A DNA stretch of 63,991 bases, filler included, from Asterionella formosa (taxonomy: Eukaryota): NCBI GenBank assembly GCA_002256025.1. It is 18 parts of 18 records of this genome, joined end to end, with 100 filler letters (N's around TTAATTAATTAA, not from the genome) between each part and the next. Parts side by side here need not be neighbours in the genome. Positions count along the whole stretch, not along the records: positions 1 to 30,099 come from NKIB01000902.1; positions 30,200 to 32,095 come from NKIB01000904.1; positions 32,196 to 34,098 come from NKIB01000905.1; positions 34,199 to 36,092 come from NKIB01000906.1; 14 more parts are not named here. One strand, 5' to 3'. Shown piece by piece: positions 22,647 through 36,192 of the stretch (positions within the stretch are counted from its first letter, which is position 1; each line of letters starts with the position of its first letter). The position numbers and the translations under genes were made by a program. The notes beneath the pieces are model-generated. The model was not told the origin of the DNA. It worked only from the letters and a program-made list of their open reading frames with translations, and ran no database searches.

Positions 22647-23584
22647 GCTCTTGTTGTGAATGGTCTCCAGGACGTCGAGAGAACAGAATTAATGGAGGAT
22701 ACATACATATATTGTAACAAGTACTGTGCAACACTATGTGTAGTAGGTACCGGGGTAGTCGTACCAGTTCAAATTTATATTACAGACAAGGACGGACGCG
22801 ATAGGGCCACGCAAAGAAGCAAGCGCCTACCGGTACTACAAATAAACTCGCAATCGAATCGAAGGAGTCGAAGCTGAGGAATTAATATACCCGGTAGTCT
22901 AAAAGCATCGCCAAGCCTTTCGCAATTAGTCTAAATCACCCACCCCAAGTCCCCCCCCCACGGCTGAGCGCAACTCGACTGCCGCAGAACCCAGAGGAAG
23001 GACACGGACCGAACCCGGAGCTAGGGAACGGGACACGTTACTTAGCAAAGAAATCAAAAAGCCATTTACGATATTTAGCTCATTCTTGGATCGCTATTCT
23101 ATTAGTCTACGGTTCGCTTTAGTCTTATTCCTATGACGTCTCTATGCCCCTACACAATAGACAGATGGAGAAAGACGAGACGGACGAGACGGACGAGATG
23201 GTAATTGTGTCGAAGTTACTTCGATTCCTGGGACAGCCGGAATCCCTTCTTATAACCCCAAATATATTCTTTTAGGGCAATTGCTTTGCCTGTACCTGTT
23301 ACCTGGTACCAGTAGACTACCAGTACCTGGTGAGCGATCTTGCGCATCAATACAGATGTATATAGGGTTAGTGATATATCATATATGCATAAGAACTCAA
23401 TAATGAGAGAACTCGACTAACCCTCATTGTATACTTTGGTGTCAACTTAGAGAACAAGTTACACACAAGGATTAACAAATAAGCTCATACATTCAACAAA
23501 TACTACTACTTCTTGTTAGATACTTCAACTGGTACCAGCACCACTACCGGTAGCCAGGGAGGGTACCAGGTACCAGGTACCTGG

Positions 23585-23825
23585 TACCAACCCAGCAGCA
23601 GCAGACAATGATGTACTCGGAGTAAGTTTTTGGTCGTCAAGGGACGAAATCCCCTGAATTCGCTCTTACCAACCTCTTTTTGCACAACATTCGCACTTGA
23701 AATTGCGCATAAAATCGAGCGCTTTTGATGGCGGCAGGGTGTGACAAATTGAACCAGCCAGCAAAAGATGCTCGATGCAAGATACAAGGACAAGTCTGAA
23801 TTTCTCGTTTGAATCCTTCCATCCT
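23585..23825 (-). repeat. Dispersed ~240-bp repeat; second copy at ~44383-44648 (+)
   Basis: Both copies read ATGGAAGGATTCAAACGAGAAATTCAGACTTGTCCTTGTATC...ACTTACTCCGAGTACATCATTGTCTGCTGCTG..GGTTGG. Confidence 0.85.
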
Positions 23826-26100
23826 TCATTGTTGTTTGCTGGTAGGAAATATTTGATATCCGTCTCATCATTTGCTTGTTGGAACTGTCCGTTGCCTCAA
23901 ACCTGCTTGGCATTCATACACACACTGCCGACTTGTTTTCATTGGTATGTTGTTCTTGTATTCACTGTTGAACTTGCTTGTCCGCATTTTTGTTACCATC
24001 AATAGAGCGACAAGTGGGTCTCTTCATTGTTGTTTGCTCCTGGAAAAGTCGGTGTCTGTGTCATCCTCATCAATAGAGAGACAAGTGTCCTTCATCATTG
24101 CGGTTTGCCGCTGGAAAAATTGGTACCCGTGGTATCGTCATTCGCTTGTTGGAACCACTGTCCATTGCCTCAAACCTGATTAGCGTGTGTGTATGTGCAC
24201 TGTCGACTTGTTTACATCACAGGAGTGACTTAGCTACTAAAGTGAGTGTTATAATATCATACTCCGTAGTACGATGCAGAATACTACAGTTCCCAATCAG
24301 CCACCTCATCATGATTGATGAAATGATAATGTGATATCACGATAGGTTTACATCGATGCATACATCGCCAAAGTATGATACATAATATTGAAAAAAAAGT
24401 ATATCACATAGCTATGATATATTGATCATAGAACTATGATGATTTTTTAAAATGTTTGTGATATAATTTTGATCAAAATATGATCATGTTAAAATAACAC
24501 AATGACAATAAAACACGATAAAATATGAACGCAAGTGTAATCGATACATCACAGAAAATAAATAAATAAATCATAATTATGTTACTTAATATATAAATTC
24601 CACTTTTAATGTATACAGTGAAAGCCAACAGTTAATATGATAGTATTATACGGTGGATAGGATCTAAGTATACGGATGCGTTGATATGTACATCACTATA
24701 ATATGATTTGTGACATGATGGATTGATGCATATCACATACTGGTATCCTCAACAACCAGCCATCACGTTCATTATTGTGTCGTTTTTCCTCGTTATAACT
24801 GTATTGATGCCGGCATGTGTATTGTGTAAACACTACGCTGGCGGAACATGCATATTACACCACTGCTGTGCTCTGTTCAACAATTACCACACTCGGTTAC
24901 CATCACACCAGCTGCAACTCCACAAGCGCCGCAAAAAGCTCCGCGGTTCCCTTCCACTGTTTTACATCATAGTCTTCTGGCCCTTTGACAACTTGCTTTC
25001 CAAATGGCATTTCATGGGTTTCATGCAAAGGATCAGTCAAACAAGAAACGTAACTTACTTCCATTTTTACACTACACAACTTTATGTTTTCAGAAAAGAA
25101 GATGAAGAAACTTATGAAATCAATCGAAGATTCCTTTGAATACACTCAAATAACAAATGAATAATCCAGAAAAATAATGAAGTATGCCGATACAATAGTG
25201 GCAGAGATTGAAAAGAAGGAAAGATTGCTTTCGAAGAGCCAAGGAAACCCAAACAGTTGGTCTTCGTGGATGAAGACTCTATTCCTACAGAGTCACAGTT
25301 CCATCCAGTGTCGTATTTTGCTCCTCATTCTCCTGAAATCGCTGAGAATGAAGAAGAACTCAGTGATTCTCATTCATTTGATGAAAAAATTCATGCGATG
25401 AATGAAAACACCGGCGGAAATGTGGCAGACAACACTTCTGAAGTAGAAATGGTTGAAAAGATGCAAAACCAAGAAATAAGTCTCACTATTCGTCCAGAAC
25501 ATCAAGATGAACATCATGAAAGCAGAGAAACTATTACATTTCTAAAAGAAAAGCAAGATATTCAAGAAAAAGTCCAAGCTAGATCAAGACCTCGAATTCA
25601 AGAAGATCAATGCAGACAGAGATGTGATACTGGCTAAGGCAGTTGATGCACTGAGTCGGGAACGAAGTTTGAAGAAAAAAATTTAATCTTTTTCCAAATC
25701 ATACATAAAAGAAAAAGAATTTCTCTGTAAAATCATCGAGAATAATCCCGAAGGCAGCTATTTTTTTAAGAGTCGCTTGGCATGTGAAATGTGTAGAGTT
25801 ATTATGCCAAAGCAAACTGCATTTTCCTTGAGTTTGCCGAAAACTCATGGACAACTAAAATTGTGGAAAGATTTGTACACACGTACCCCACAAGAAATAT
25901 GCAATGACGCCTCTGTATTTTATGGAGTCAAAGGTATCAAAAAAGTCATCTTCAGATTTTAAAGATCTTGCATATTGGGACCTTGAAACAATTACCTCTA
26001 TGATCCATTATATAATTCATGAACTTCATCCGACTGATGTAAAGGTTATATTTGATCTGGATGAGAACCCAGAAAAGGGCAATTACTTGCTTGTGGAGTC

Positions 26101-27050
26101 TCAAACTTCATCACGGAATGGTGGATCGGCAGTAGCAGTTGTAGAAGGAGAGGGAATAGCAACAGGAGGAGGTGCAGTAACAACAACCACAGCAATAGGA
26201 GGTGCATGGAGAGGGAATGGCGGCTGCTGGTCACCACGGTGATTGGTGTCGTCGAATCTTGTAATCAGAGCTTGCCTTGTTTGTGGAACCGGCAAATCAC
26301 CTGATTGTTTGTACCAACGCACCATTAATTTCAATTCTGGCACAGACATCTGTTCTTTTGTTTTGTTCTGTTCTATTCCTTCAATGTAAGTACTTTTCCG
26401 CAAAGTGAATTGATTTCTTGTTGCCTTTTGGTTTCTTTTGTACTAATGACAATGTCTGAAATTCGCTTCCCTTCCAGTGTAACAGCAAGAATATTTGGCC
26501 CAAGGGCAAAGGTTTGTGCAGAGGCCAGTAGTCCTGCTGTTATCCTCTTCTTGTGTCCCTCAATGTGTGAATCCGCTGTCTCCCTTCTCTGTCTAGCTTG
26601 GGTCTCCCGGTCGATTCAATTTCGCACATCCTCGCATTTGCAAAACTTGTTAATTCTTCCAACAATTGTTCCAGCAAAGCCAGTTTGGAGGTTTAACTCA
26701 TCAGGAGGGAGAGTGGCAGTCTCTGTGGGCGCATTGATGTTCTGTTGTGTCGTGGCTGGTTGGGTTAGTTGAATTTCAGGGTGAAGCAAGACATTATAGT
26801 TCAGGGGATACCATCCTTGTTCATAAATTGCTTTCTTGTTTGGTGTGGCAGAATTTGCAGGTATTCCATTCCTTTCCTTGGCAGCATCAATGATCAAAGA
26901 AATTGTTCCTTTGGAGGTACGTTTGTTGTTATTTTTGCTGTCTAGCATTTTATTCATGTACTCATCTGTTGCTTCAATCAATGCATTTTGCATCTGGGGT
27001 TTGTCGCTAATGGTGGAAGCAATGGTGGCACCTTTGGGCCGTCCACCAAC
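26101..27050 (-). pseudogene. Degenerate, internally deleted DNA-transposase-like remnant (pogo/DDE_1-like, family assignment tentative)
   Basis: N-terminal GGRPKGAT..KGTISLIIDAAKERNGIP joined directly to C-terminal-type NKKAIYEQGWYPLNYNVLLHPEI, then KRITAG and ELKLMVRWYK..D.PVP in other frames. A related N-terminal piece lies at ~46420-46690. Confidence 0.5.
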
Positions 27051-27185
27051 AGTTGTATAGTTGTACTACTCATGTCCTCCTTGTTTGTTTTCTTTGTGTT
27101 TGTATTTGCCTCCAAACTTCCCCAGGTAAGCACACCATTGTTTCCAGTTTCATATGCCAAAGTGCCCATCATTGTAAACTGACTA

Positions 27186-30099
27186 AAGGGGGCTGTATTT
27201 TTGTGGATCATGCATCAGGCCTTCTTTATGTCCACCATCAGGTGGGATTTTCGGCAACCGAAACACTCACTGGAAAGCAGCAATTCGAGAATTGGGCTTC
27301 CAATCACGGTGTTCTTGTTGCATTCTATATGACTGATAACAGAACATTCGGCGCTAAGGAGTTTGTTGACGCAATTATTGCGTGAGGACAACAAGTTAAA
27401 TACTGTGGAGTTGGTGCACACCATCAGAACGGTGTTGCTGAAAGAAGCATATGCACTGTATCCAATATGGCACGAGTCATGATGCTACATGCATCTATAA
27501 GATGGCCTGAAACTGCTGATGCGACCCTATGGCCTATGGCAGTTGATTATGCTGCGCATGTCTATAACCATGTCCCAGGCATAGAAACAGGTCAGTCACC
27601 AATGGATATATTTACTGGGTCTCTAGTACCCAGGCATGGTCTTAAGGATTTACATGTGTGGGGCTGTCCATCCTATGAATTAGATCCAAAGATGCAAAAT
27701 GGCATGAAACTGCCCAGATGGGAACCAAGATCTCGGCGTGCTCTGTTTGTGGGAATGTCCCCTAATCACAGTAGCAACGTGCCCCTGGTACTAAACTTGA
27801 AGACTGGAAGTATATCACCTCAATTTCATGTGGTGTTCGATGACTTCTTTTCTACAGTGATGTCCATTCCAGAGGGAGATGACCCCACAGCACACTGGGA
27901 GAATATTTTCAACGAATCACGCTTTCAGGCGTATTTTGATGAACATGATTTGCCTACCTTACAGGAGGAATGGACCGAAAATGATGATGCCTACCTAGAC
28001 AAGAAACGTCATATGGAGGCTAAGGTGTTACCCACCATGGGTCTACACAGAGATGAGACGCCGTCTTATCTTCAGAGGGAGTCACCAATGCAGGTGACTA
28101 TGACACAAGAAAGAGGGACACCATTGTCTCCTGGTGTTGCTGTACTTTCGCCCATTGAAATACAGAGTGTACCAGCACAGATTGATGCAATGGATGCTAA
28201 CAAGTGGCTGCATAGGCTACCACCCACTAGATTGGTACAAGAATTGGCAGTGACCATTCCACCAGGAACAGTAGTGTCACGGGAACCACAAGAGAACATT
28301 CCGCAAGGAACAGGAGTGGAGCAAGAACACGTGGAGATGCTGTCCCAAATGTCTCCTCGCCCACCACAGAGGCGTAGCATCAGAACAAACTGAGTACCGC
28401 AACGCTTTACTCCTGGTCTATGTGGGCAAGACGGTTATCTTGCAGGGTCATTTCTATCTAGTCTAAGTGAGCAGTATCATAGCCTGAGCCAATCAGAATC
28501 AGTCCTCGCCTATTTGTCATCTTTAATGACCGACCCAATGACTGGATATTTGGAATGTACTAACCCACTTGCTTTCGCTGCGATGACTAAACGATCCGAC
28601 CCAGACTCGCCAAGATATCACGAAGCAATGGCAAGCATTGATTCTGAATCATTTAAGGAAGCGATGGTAGCAGAAATAAATGCTCTTACGGCAAAGAATA
28701 CATGGACTGTAATACCACGGGCATCCCTTTCTGGCAAAAATGTTCTACCAGGAACATGGGCATTTAAGAGGAAGAGATTTCCTGACGGTCGTCTTCGAAA
28801 GTGTATAGCACGGTTTTGTGTCCGTGGTGATAAGCAAGTCGAAGGCGTTGACTACTTCGAAACGTATGCACCAGTGGTACAATGGTCTACAGTGAGATGC
28901 TTACTCATAATGTCGATTGTGTTGGACCTTAAGACACAACAAATCGACTATAGTAATGCATTCTGTCAAGCAGAAATTGAAGAAGAAGTCTACGTGGAGT
29001 TACCGAAAGACTTTGGTGACAAGCAAGGGTGCGATATGGTTCTTAAACTAAATAAGTCGCTCTATGGTACAAAACAGGCTCCACGGGCTTGGTTCTTGAA
29101 ACTTAAAGAACGTCTGGAAGATCGCGGTTTCCACCAATCTAAATTGGATCCATGTTTCTTTATTCACCCAGATATGGTGTACCTAAACTATGTAGATGAT
29201 GGGATACTAATTGGAAAAAATGGTCCCAAGATTGAATCCATGATTGATGATCTCAGTGCAACACTTGAGCTAACAAGAGAAGCAGACCTTTCGGCTTTCT
29301 TAGGAATACAAATTGATAAGATTGAGAATGGCTCTTTAAGGCTGACACAGGAAGGCTTAATCAAACGAGTGTTAGAAGCTACAAAAATGCAAGAATGCAG
29401 ACCCACAATGACACCAGCTGTCAAGGATACATTGGGTGCAGATGTTGATGGAGAACCGGCAGAAGAACAATGGAACTATAGGTCCGTGGTGGGAATGCTA
29501 TTATACTTGGAATCAAACTCGCGACCAGACATAGCCTTTGCAGTACATCAGTGTGCTCGTTTCTCCCATTGTCCTATGGTATCATATGAAGGGGCAATTA
29601 AGAGGATCTGCCGCTATCTGAAAGGAACTATGAAAGAAGGAATTGTTTTCACACCTTCTGAGGAACTTGCAATAGATTGCTATGTAGATTCTGACTTTGC
29701 GGGTTTGTACGGTACTGAGGATTCTCATGATCCGATTTGCGCTAAGTCCAGGACAGGATACGTCATAACGTTAGCAGGATGTCCGCTACTATGGGTATCA
29801 AAGCTACAGACCACTATAGCCCTATCTACTATGGAAGCAGAATACCAGGCTTTATCAGCAAGTTGTCGGGACCTAATCCCATTACGACATATTTGCAAGG
29901 AAGCCTCAGATGCCCTGAGCGAAGATAAATGGACCTTTCATAGTACGATCACACTCGAAGATATATGAAGATAATAGTGCATGTTTGTCTCAAGCAACAA
30001 TGCCCAAAATGACGCCACGTACAAAACATATAGCAGTGGCTTATCATTGGTTTCGAGAATATGTATTGTCGGGAGACATTGAAGTCTTGAAAATTGATA
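27186..30099 (+). mobile_element. Ty1/copia (CoDi-like) pol fragment: integrase-RT-RNase H, 5'-truncated, with stops and a frameshift
   Basis: GCIFVDHASG, TDN, HQNGVAER, HVWGCP, ISPQFHVVFDD, WAFKRKRFPDG, KSLYGTKQAPRAW, YVDD, SRPDIAFAVHQCARF, SRTG, STMEAEY, RTKHI. TGA at 27383 and 28391; frameshift near 29930. Confidence 0.93.
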
Positions 30100-30713
30100 N
30101 NNNNNNNNNNNNNNNNNNNNNNNNNNNNNNNNNNNNNNNNNNNTTAATTAATTAANNNNNNNNNNNNNNNNNNNNNNNNNNNNNNNNNNNNNNNNNNNNT
30201 AATTATGTGAAGTATTTCAAATAATTATGTGAACGTGATCACATAATATAGTGATGATCAGGAATGCATGCATGATACTTTGATCAAATATTTAACGTGA
30301 TGTATTCAGATAATATATAGATATATTCAACTACGTATTTTGATGTATTCAACTAATTCATGTGATGCATTCAAAATCAACTAGGCTTATTTATGTGATG
30401 GTCACTTCACGTAATACGCGGCTTAGATGTATTAGACAGAGGGAGTACCTAAGGTCATCTCTATCACATCGACCAAATACCAAAGCCAATTGTATTGCAT
30501 TTGAAATTATCAAAACAAGTCACTTCTTTGAGAAATCTTTTATCAATTGTCGAATTTTTCATATTTTTCCCACTACCAAATACTAAAATAGTCAAATCTT
30601 GTGCCCAAACTTTTAGCAAACAGAAATAGAGCTATATTATCATATATGTGTATCACTGATACAGCAGTGATGGATACTACTACATAGCTATATATACACA
30701 AAATGAAACAACA

Positions 30714-31010
30714 ATGAGCAACAATAGTGACTCATCAGATGATGATTGCCTCTACTACCATTTCCGCAAGATGCATCGTCAACAAAGAAGTGAGAATGAT
30801 GCACAGAAAAGACAAAGTAGGGGAGGAGGTTCCAAGGTTGGTAAGGCTACTACAAACGTGAGTCGTTTTCGTGCAGAGTATGACAAGCTGTTGAAGAGAT
30901 CTACTCTCATGCACATTTCAGGAGGCACTTTGGGATGCGTTGTTCCTTATTTGAAAAGATTCCTTAAGATTTGGTTGAGGCAGACTGATCCATACTTTCA
31001 ACAGAAGAAG
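30714..31010 (+). pseudogene. N-terminal fragment of a PIF/Harbinger (Plant_tran-type) transposase
   Basis: RGGGSKVGKATTNVSRFRAEYDKLL, then in shifted frames FRRHFGMRCSLFEKI and DPYFQQKK, matching the usual RGGS..R..FRRRFRM...LF..I..D.YF.QK pattern. Confidence 0.6.
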
Positions 31011-31088
31011 GAAGTTTCTATGTCAGACGACTTAACGCAGTGATTTTCATGAAGATTTGGTTCAAATTGAATACGTAATTGTCATACT

Positions 31089-31520
31089 GCGAGATCTTGG
31101 GTTGAACCCATCCGAAATGGTTCTGGAATTTGTTCACTTAAATTACTACCAAATATATTTCATAGCTTTTTACTCGTCGCTGTTCTGTACAATATCGTTA
31201 CGAGGTAAAGCTCCGAATAATTATGTCAAATTTTCGCTTGTGATATGCGACATTCGCTGTCGCGTCGCGGAAGGGTTCCTACCAGTCTAGTATGGTACCA
31301 CGTACTCGAAGTACCAGGTACCAGCAGTCGATAAATGCAGGGACCGTCTGTATTCGTCAGACCACTACAAAAGGTAGGAGAGACAAAATTCATTTGTTAC
31401 AAATAATACGATATTTTGGGTTGAATTCATCCGAAGCGGTTCTGGAATTCTTGTACATAAATTTCTTCCGGTAAATACACCCCCAGCATTTTTCTCGTTG
31501 CTGTTCTTCTTTACAGTATC
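31089..31520 (+). repeat. Diverged direct repeat, ~110-bp units about 320 bp apart
   Basis: TTGGGTTGAA..CATCCGAA..GGTTCTGGAATT...CTCGT.GCTGTTCT..TACA.TATCG occurs at ~31098 and ~31416. Confidence 0.7.
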
Positions 31521-32195
31521 GCTCCCCTATCTGCAGGTACGACCTGTACCGGAGTCACAGGCACTACCCCAGGAGACCAGGTGCTCTGGAGTACCATGTA
31601 CCGTACTGTAACCATCACGCACACAATCATGATTCACAAGCAAATGCCCGAACATGTGATAAATTGATTACGAAGTACTCGGAGGACCGTACAGGTGGTA
31701 CCTGGTACGGTATTATTGTCCTATTTGATGTTTATGTAACGGGGACTGGTACCGGTACTTATCTAGTGTGCAATATAATATCATGTATTGATAAAATATT
31801 CACCAGACGTCCTGAACAATGCACACGAAATACTATGTACCCGTATCATGATTGCTTTGTGGAAATCCGGGATTACCATTCGACTTTATGCATAAGACAA
31901 AATTCAACGTGATGATCGTGGCTTGCATTGTAACTCATAAAATAAAGTTCCTAACCTTCTACCCTGACTTCTTAGTTGGTCCTATTCGCCAAATGCAGAT
32001 CAAATGAATGAATCCAACAGATGAACTCATGATGCGTCCTTCTTCATATCACAACGAGGTACTCTCGAAGGCAAGGACTTTAACGGAGGAGCTAGNNNNN
32101 NNNNNNNNNNNNNNNNNNNNNNNNNNNNNNNNNNNNNNNTTAATTAATTAANNNNNNNNNNNNNNNNNNNNNNNNNNNNNNNNNNNNNNNNNNNN

Positions 32196-34098
32196 TCCAC
32201 AACACCTTTGATATGATGTCATCGACACCAACCAATTCTGCTTCAGTCGAACTTCTAGTGTTCACTTTCTGTTTCGTGGACATAGAACAAATAATTCCGT
32301 TTCCAAGTGACATTGTAGCTCCAGTGTGACTTTTAAAATCTTTGTGCACTGCAAACGCCGCATCAACGTACCATTTAATGCTCTGAGTGTCATCAGCACT
32401 CATAGATGCAACCTCGTTCTGAGTTGCTTTCAAGAAATTCATGATCTTGACTAATTTTGCCCAATCGCCTTCATTCGGTTCGATAGTTCGGGTTGCCAGA
32501 AATGCAATTCCTGGTTGAATGTCCTGTCTTCCTCGCTTACATAGGAACATTCCTTTCATAACAAAAGTATGAAATATTTTTGCTTTTTCATATTCAAGCT
32601 TCTTTGATTTTGTATCAACTGTGAACAATTTATCTGTCCAAGGAAATTTTCCAACACCTTCAAGTTTCACTGGAAAATCATCAATCATTGATTTGACATA
32701 TTTGGTCATGTCCACCCTTAACACTCCTGGAATAGAGTAATCTAGCGTCATAGTCAAATAATCATGCTTCTTTCCACGCATGACCTTGACTTCACCAATT
32801 TCGTCAGAAGCGTATTTCTGTTTGAGCCATTCCAAAAATTGATCATTCACTTTCCTGTCCACGTGACTTGATTTCAAATCGTCTACGTGCCAAGTAACTG
32901 TGTGCTGTTTGCCATTAACAATGCGATTTGCAACACATGGACGATCATATGGGTTTACCTTGAATCCAATTGACTCGATATCCTTCCGAAATTTCTTGTA
33001 ATATAATAATGATGACTGTAACATGCCATATAATGCCTTGATCATCCTAACATATAGGACCTTGTTGTTCCCTTCATAAACAACATATTTTTCATAAGTC
33101 TCGGGGCTGAGTTCTGTCAACATATTGACAAGCAAACCTCTAATCTTCATAATGATTCGCTCCCCTTTTTCTTTCTCATCGATATCCACTTGCACAAATG
33201 CATTGGGTATATCTGCAGTCATAACATCGCGATTTTGCTTCGCATCAATTGTTGCTGTTATCATAACAGATTCAGTCATGGTAGTTGGACTAGCTGCTTC
33301 ATCCCTTTCCATGTATTCACGTTGCGAACTGCCATTGGCACATGCTCTGCCTTTAATGCTCTTGTCTCTCTTTTCAACCAAAACAATTAGACTTTCCATT
33401 GCACGTCGCTTTTCAATATCGGTTAGGTCTTCAATCCTAATCAGTTCAAACACAACTCTATCATGTAGTTGTTTCATTTCCTTATAAGCAGCGTCTCTTC
33501 CTTTCTGGCCAAATTTCTTGAGGCCTTTCTTTAAGCTGTATGACTGAACAAAGTGAAATGCTTCTTTATCGATACACATCTCATTCATATAATACATTGT
33601 CTTTGCGATCACTTTCGCATTATCAGTCGTGTATTCTTCTCGACAGTGTGCTTGGGTATGCAAATGATTTTGGACCATAGTTAGTTTTGATGGTGGTCTT
33701 GAGACTCTTCCAGACCTTGTAGTTCTAACATTTGGGTCTGAGTCATCCTGAGTGCTTGGATTGACTTCTAACAATGCCTCTTCATTTTCAGTTTCATTTG
33801 CTGGCTCTTCATCCTCATCTTGGATATCTTCTGAATTCATTTCAATATTATTCTCATTGTTGCCCTCGTCAGGTTCAGGGTCATCCTCTTGATCTTGAGT
33901 ATTGTCATTTAATTCGAGCTGTTCTGCTTCATATATTTCATCCGGAGTCATTTCATCATAGTCTTCTTCTCCGAGAATTTCATCATTGCTTTCGTTGTCA
34001 CTAGCATCTTGATCTTCATAATCTTCATCTTGTGCATCTTCAAATGCTTCATTATCATAATCCACTCCTGCAATCCAAGCACTATCATAAAATAGTTG
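32196..34098 (-). mobile_element. Ty1/copia RT-RNase H fragment (family C), open reading frame across the whole contig
   Basis: TTRSGRVSRPP, KGRACANG, ADIPNAFVQ, KALYGMLQSSLLYY, WHVDD, WYVDAAFAVH, SHTG, SSTEAELV. Confidence 0.93.
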
Positions 34099-35289
34099 NN
34101 NNNNNNNNNNNNNNNNNNNNNNNNNNNNNNNNNNNNNNNNNNTTAATTAATTAANNNNNNNNNNNNNNNNNNNNNNNNNNNNNNNNNNNNNNNNNNNNTA
34201 ATTCATTACAAATAGGCAATGCCTGCGCTAACAATTCCGAACAAAGACGAAGGAGAATAGGAGAGGAGATCCGCCCACAACAAGCAACAGCAAACAATAT
34301 CAGCAGAAGCCAAGAAAACATTGCATTTGCTTACCATGCATACATTTGTCCCCTATGCACCAGAGGAATCCTTTCAACAATGCGACTAACAAATGATTGA
34401 TAGCCTGCCTGACACAGGATAGCCATCCTGACACAGGCAGAGCACGACGCATTTCATTATTCCCAAGGTTCAATCCTGCCCTGCCAAAAACAGATTGATT
34501 GTCTGTAGAAAAAGAACAAGGTTCGCAGAGTATGTTCATGACTGACCACTTTTCCAATTCCAAACGGCACAAGTAAGAGGAAGAACGAAATGGAGGTAAA
34601 GGAACTACAACAGCAATCAAACATAGTTCCGAACACAAGACGAAGAAAACGAGCAACAGTGCAGAGCAACAACAAAAAGAACAACAGCAATGTGACAAAA
34701 GACCTGTTTCCATTTCCCAAAATATTAACTGCTTACCATAATTTCTCGAACTTTCAGATGCATCCTTTCTGTGATGACAAGCAAGGAGAAACAAAAAATG
34801 CCTGCCTGTTTCTTCCAGAGGAACCGGCCCACAACAGAGTCCTTCTTGTTATCTGGAAGCGAAGAACAAGATTCACAGAGTCAGATGATGGCTGGTTTTT
34901 AACAAACAAGACCTTTTTACATTCCACATCAAACAATGCATGTTCAAGTTCAAACGCAGGGCGAGGAACACCAAGGCAGAGAAGGGGCATTATACAGCCA
35001 CAGTAGCCACAACGAAAGAGCAATAGAATAAGAACAAGAAAAATGACAGCAGAAACAGCAGGGACAGCGATAACGACAATGAGAACACAACCATGATAGC
35101 AGAAAAGACGACAAAAACGACAACAATAACAATAACAATAACAATAATTTCATTTTACCATGAATGTGATATTTTGTTCCTTTCATTCCAGCAGCTGCTT
35201 TTCGTTAAGAAAGCTGGCGCGGACGGTCCTCCTCGCCAACATTCATTTTGTACTAAATTTTTGTACATTTTACTTCAGAAAAAGCTGGC

Positions 35290-36092
35290 GCAGTCTATGC
35301 TTAGTCAGTATTGATCAAATTCGTCATCAGGATGCGTAAAATTTTCGGTGCTTGCTGTGGACTGATGACCAGTGCTGTAGCAACCTAAATTCCAATTCAT
35401 TTCTTTCTCAACCAATTTGATGCCGATTTCTATCTAATATATTATTTGATGTACCCGAAATCAAAGGCTTCTTGTCGAATGTCGATATGCTCAGAACGAA
35501 CGTATATTGTCCAAAGGAGGCATCAGGACGTGTAAATTTTAGGACCACTGCTTTAACAACCAAACTTCCAATTCATTTTTCTCTACCAATTCATTGTCAA
35601 TTTCTATCTAGCATAGTATTCGATTTATACGAGATTTCAATGCCGATATTTCGAATGTCGATATGCTCGCTCAGAACGAACATACATTGATCAAATTGCT
35701 CATCAGGATGGTGTGTAAATTTTCGGTACTTGTGGCTTGATCATTAGTGCAGTAGCAACAAAAATTCCAAACAACCCTTCTCAACCAATTTAAGGCAGAT
35801 TTGTATCTAGCATAGTATTTGATGTACACAAAATCAATGCAGTCATGTCGAATGTTCATATGCTCAGACCGAACGTATATTGATCAAAGGAGGCCTCCGG
35901 ATGTGTAAATAATCGGATGCTTGTGGACTGATCATCAGTGCTGTGGCAACAAAAAATACAAACCACCTTTCTCCACCAATTTAAGGCCGATTTCTATCCA
36001 GCATAGTATTCGATGTCCACGAGAGCAATACCGTCATGGCGAATATCGATATTCTCAGAATGAACATATATTGATCAAATTGGTCATCAGGA
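35290..36092. repeat. Tandem satellite, 180-196-bp units with alternating A/B types
   Basis: Unit anchors TTGATCAAATT..CATCAGGA (35311, 35687, 36071) alternate with TTG..CAAAGGAGGC (35507, 35880). Shared GAAT.TCGATAT.CTCAGA..GAAC and CCAATTT..TCTATC.AGCATAGTATT blocks. Confidence 0.85.
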
Positions 36093-36192
36093 NNNNNNNN
36101 NNNNNNNNNNNNNNNNNNNNNNNNNNNNNNNNNNNNTTAATTAATTAANNNNNNNNNNNNNNNNNNNNNNNNNNNNNNNNNNNNNNNNNNNN

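Noticed and set aside
24300..26100. AT-rich ATCA/TGAT-dense region and broken acidic ORFs
   Set aside because: Probably decayed repeat DNA, but I could not identify termini or protein motifs.
35311..36092. Hammerhead ribozyme in the satellite (CTGATGA on the minus strand)
   Set aside because: CTGATGA is present only in alternate units and I could not build stems I-III with a correctly placed conserved GAAA.
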